NCBI GenBank assembly: GCA_963805925.1
Contig: CAWDWB010000007.1
Coordinates: 395,133-459,132, forward strand
Direction: 5' to 3'
DNA from: an uncultured Acidobacteriota bacterium
GTDB lineage: Bacteria; Acidobacteriota; Terriglobia; Bryobacterales; UBA6623
Length of the DNA: 64,000 nt
The stretch's first letter is position 1; every line of letters starts with the position of its first letter. Shown piece after piece: positions 63,073 to 64,000 of this stretch. Position numbers and translations under genes: made by a program. The notes below the pieces were generated by a model. It ran no database searches and was not told the origin of the DNA. It saw only the letters and a list, made by a program, of their open reading frames with translations.

Positions 63073-64000
63073 TTACGGCTCGGAACTCTTGGCGGTCTCG
63101 CGTTGGAGCCAGCCATCGCGCACCAGTTGCTGCGCCGCCGTAATTCGAGCTAGCGAAACGACACGGTGGACCGTTTCCGACTTTTCCGTCGTACGCAGTC
63201 GCAGGGCGATCTTCGCTCCCTCACGCTCAAGGGTGATCGACTGCGGGCTTTCCTCGCGGCCGAGCTGCGCCGCTACCGCTTCCGCACTGCCGATTACTCT
63301 TTGACCGTCAATCTCGACCATGCGGTCGCCAACCTGAACGCCTGCTTTCTCCGCTGCTCCTCCGGGCGCAATCACGGCGACGAGGATGCCCTGACCGGGT
63401 GGACTGGCTAGGCTCATGCCGCTGTCGCGCCAAGAGCGGCTGATCCTCTCCAAGTGCAGACCGGCGCGTCCGAGGTAATGGTCCCAGTCGATCGGCTTGG
63501 CCGTTCGCACCAGCTCGTCAAAGACTGCGGTCATGTCGCTGCCGGCGACCTCGGAGGCGATTTCGATCAAGGCGGCCGTATCGTCGAATAGCCGACCCTG
63601 TTGAGCGTAGTCGTCGTCCAGACGGCGCAGGACATCGTCGAGGCTACGGCGGTTTTCGGTGCGGCCGCGTATCTCTAGGTCCAGCAGATAGCCGATGAGT
63701 TCGCCCTTGAGGTAGTACGAGACGCTGCGGTCGGGGCGATGGTACGAAGGGTCGCCTTCTAGCCAGGCGTCGATACTGGACTCCTCAGCCGATTGGGTTA
63801 GGCGTGCAGGACGCGCCTCATATTGATTAATGCGCTCTTCTAAGCGCGCCAGCATATCGCGCTCGGTGGTGAGTCCCGCCGCGGCCAACAGGTAGCGCGC
63901 ATAGGTCGATGAGACGCCCTCGGCGAACCAAAGCGACGGGCTGGGAACGGGGCGGCCGTAGTCGACGGGTTCCATCGAGGCGGCGACGGATACGCTTCAC
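63073..64000 (-). CDS. M61 glycyl-aminopeptidase family protein, C-terminal part with PDZ domain (5' part beyond window; possible frameshift at ~63985)
   Basis: ..PSLWFAEGVSSTYARYLL..ESSIDAWLE..SYYLKGELIGYLLDLEIR.. plus PDZ (..GILVAVIAPGGAAEKAGVQVGDRMVEIDG..). An in-frame TGA at 63997-63999 stops this frame, while another frame reads VKRIR at the window edge (see findings). Confidence 0.7.

Noticed and set aside
1-64000. Search for tRNA/rRNA genes, transposases, integrases, phage genes, toxin-antitoxin pairs and known defence-system hallmarks
   Set aside because: I found no cloverleaf-compatible sequence with a T-loop (GTTCGAATC-like) context. No DDE, tyrosine or serine recombinase motifs appear in any sizeable ORF. 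No nuclease/helicase/methylase combinations are present. The window looks like core chromosome plus accessory metabolic and envelope genes rather than a mobile or defence island.

Overview
High-GC (roughly 60-65% by eye) bacterial chromosomal segment. It is most likely Acidobacteriota of the Bryobacterales/Solibacter type, because two SBBP beta-propeller proteins carry the C-terminal domain I recognise as TIGR03437 ('Solibacter C-terminal'). I support about 60 protein-coding genes. I found no rRNA, tRNA, CRISPR array, transposase or integrase.

Housekeeping blocks: efp; rpmH-rnpA-yidD-yidC-jag; bamA-skp; leuS; purE; nfo; and folE with two PTPS paralogs. Between them sit envelope and secreted functions: three sulfatase-family genes, two SBBP surface proteins, OmpA, a TlpA-like redoxin, a Wzx-like flippase, and an ECF sigma/anti-sigma/DUF4097/PDZ operon.

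The most unusual locus is a tightly coupled five-gene cassette at 26.6-34.1 kb. It encodes a class-III aminotransferase, a carbon-nitrogen hydrolase, a 922-aa Orn/Lys/Arg-type decarboxylase, an ATP-grasp ligase and a C45/Ntn amidohydrolase. This does not match textbook polyamine routes. A decayed Mur-ligase gene remnant flanks it on the left.

Other points:
- Three clear single-nucleotide frameshifts, plus one tentative one, in otherwise well-conserved genes.
- A recent 585-nt in-frame tandem duplication inside an SBBP gene.
- A Glu-type/Cys-type PTPS pair next to folE.
- An orphan CpaE/TadZ-like protein with a degenerate Walker A motif.
- A MoxR ATPase without DUF58/VWA partners.
- Several candidate structured or regulatory non-coding elements.

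All functional calls come from motif recognition by eye. No database search was run.
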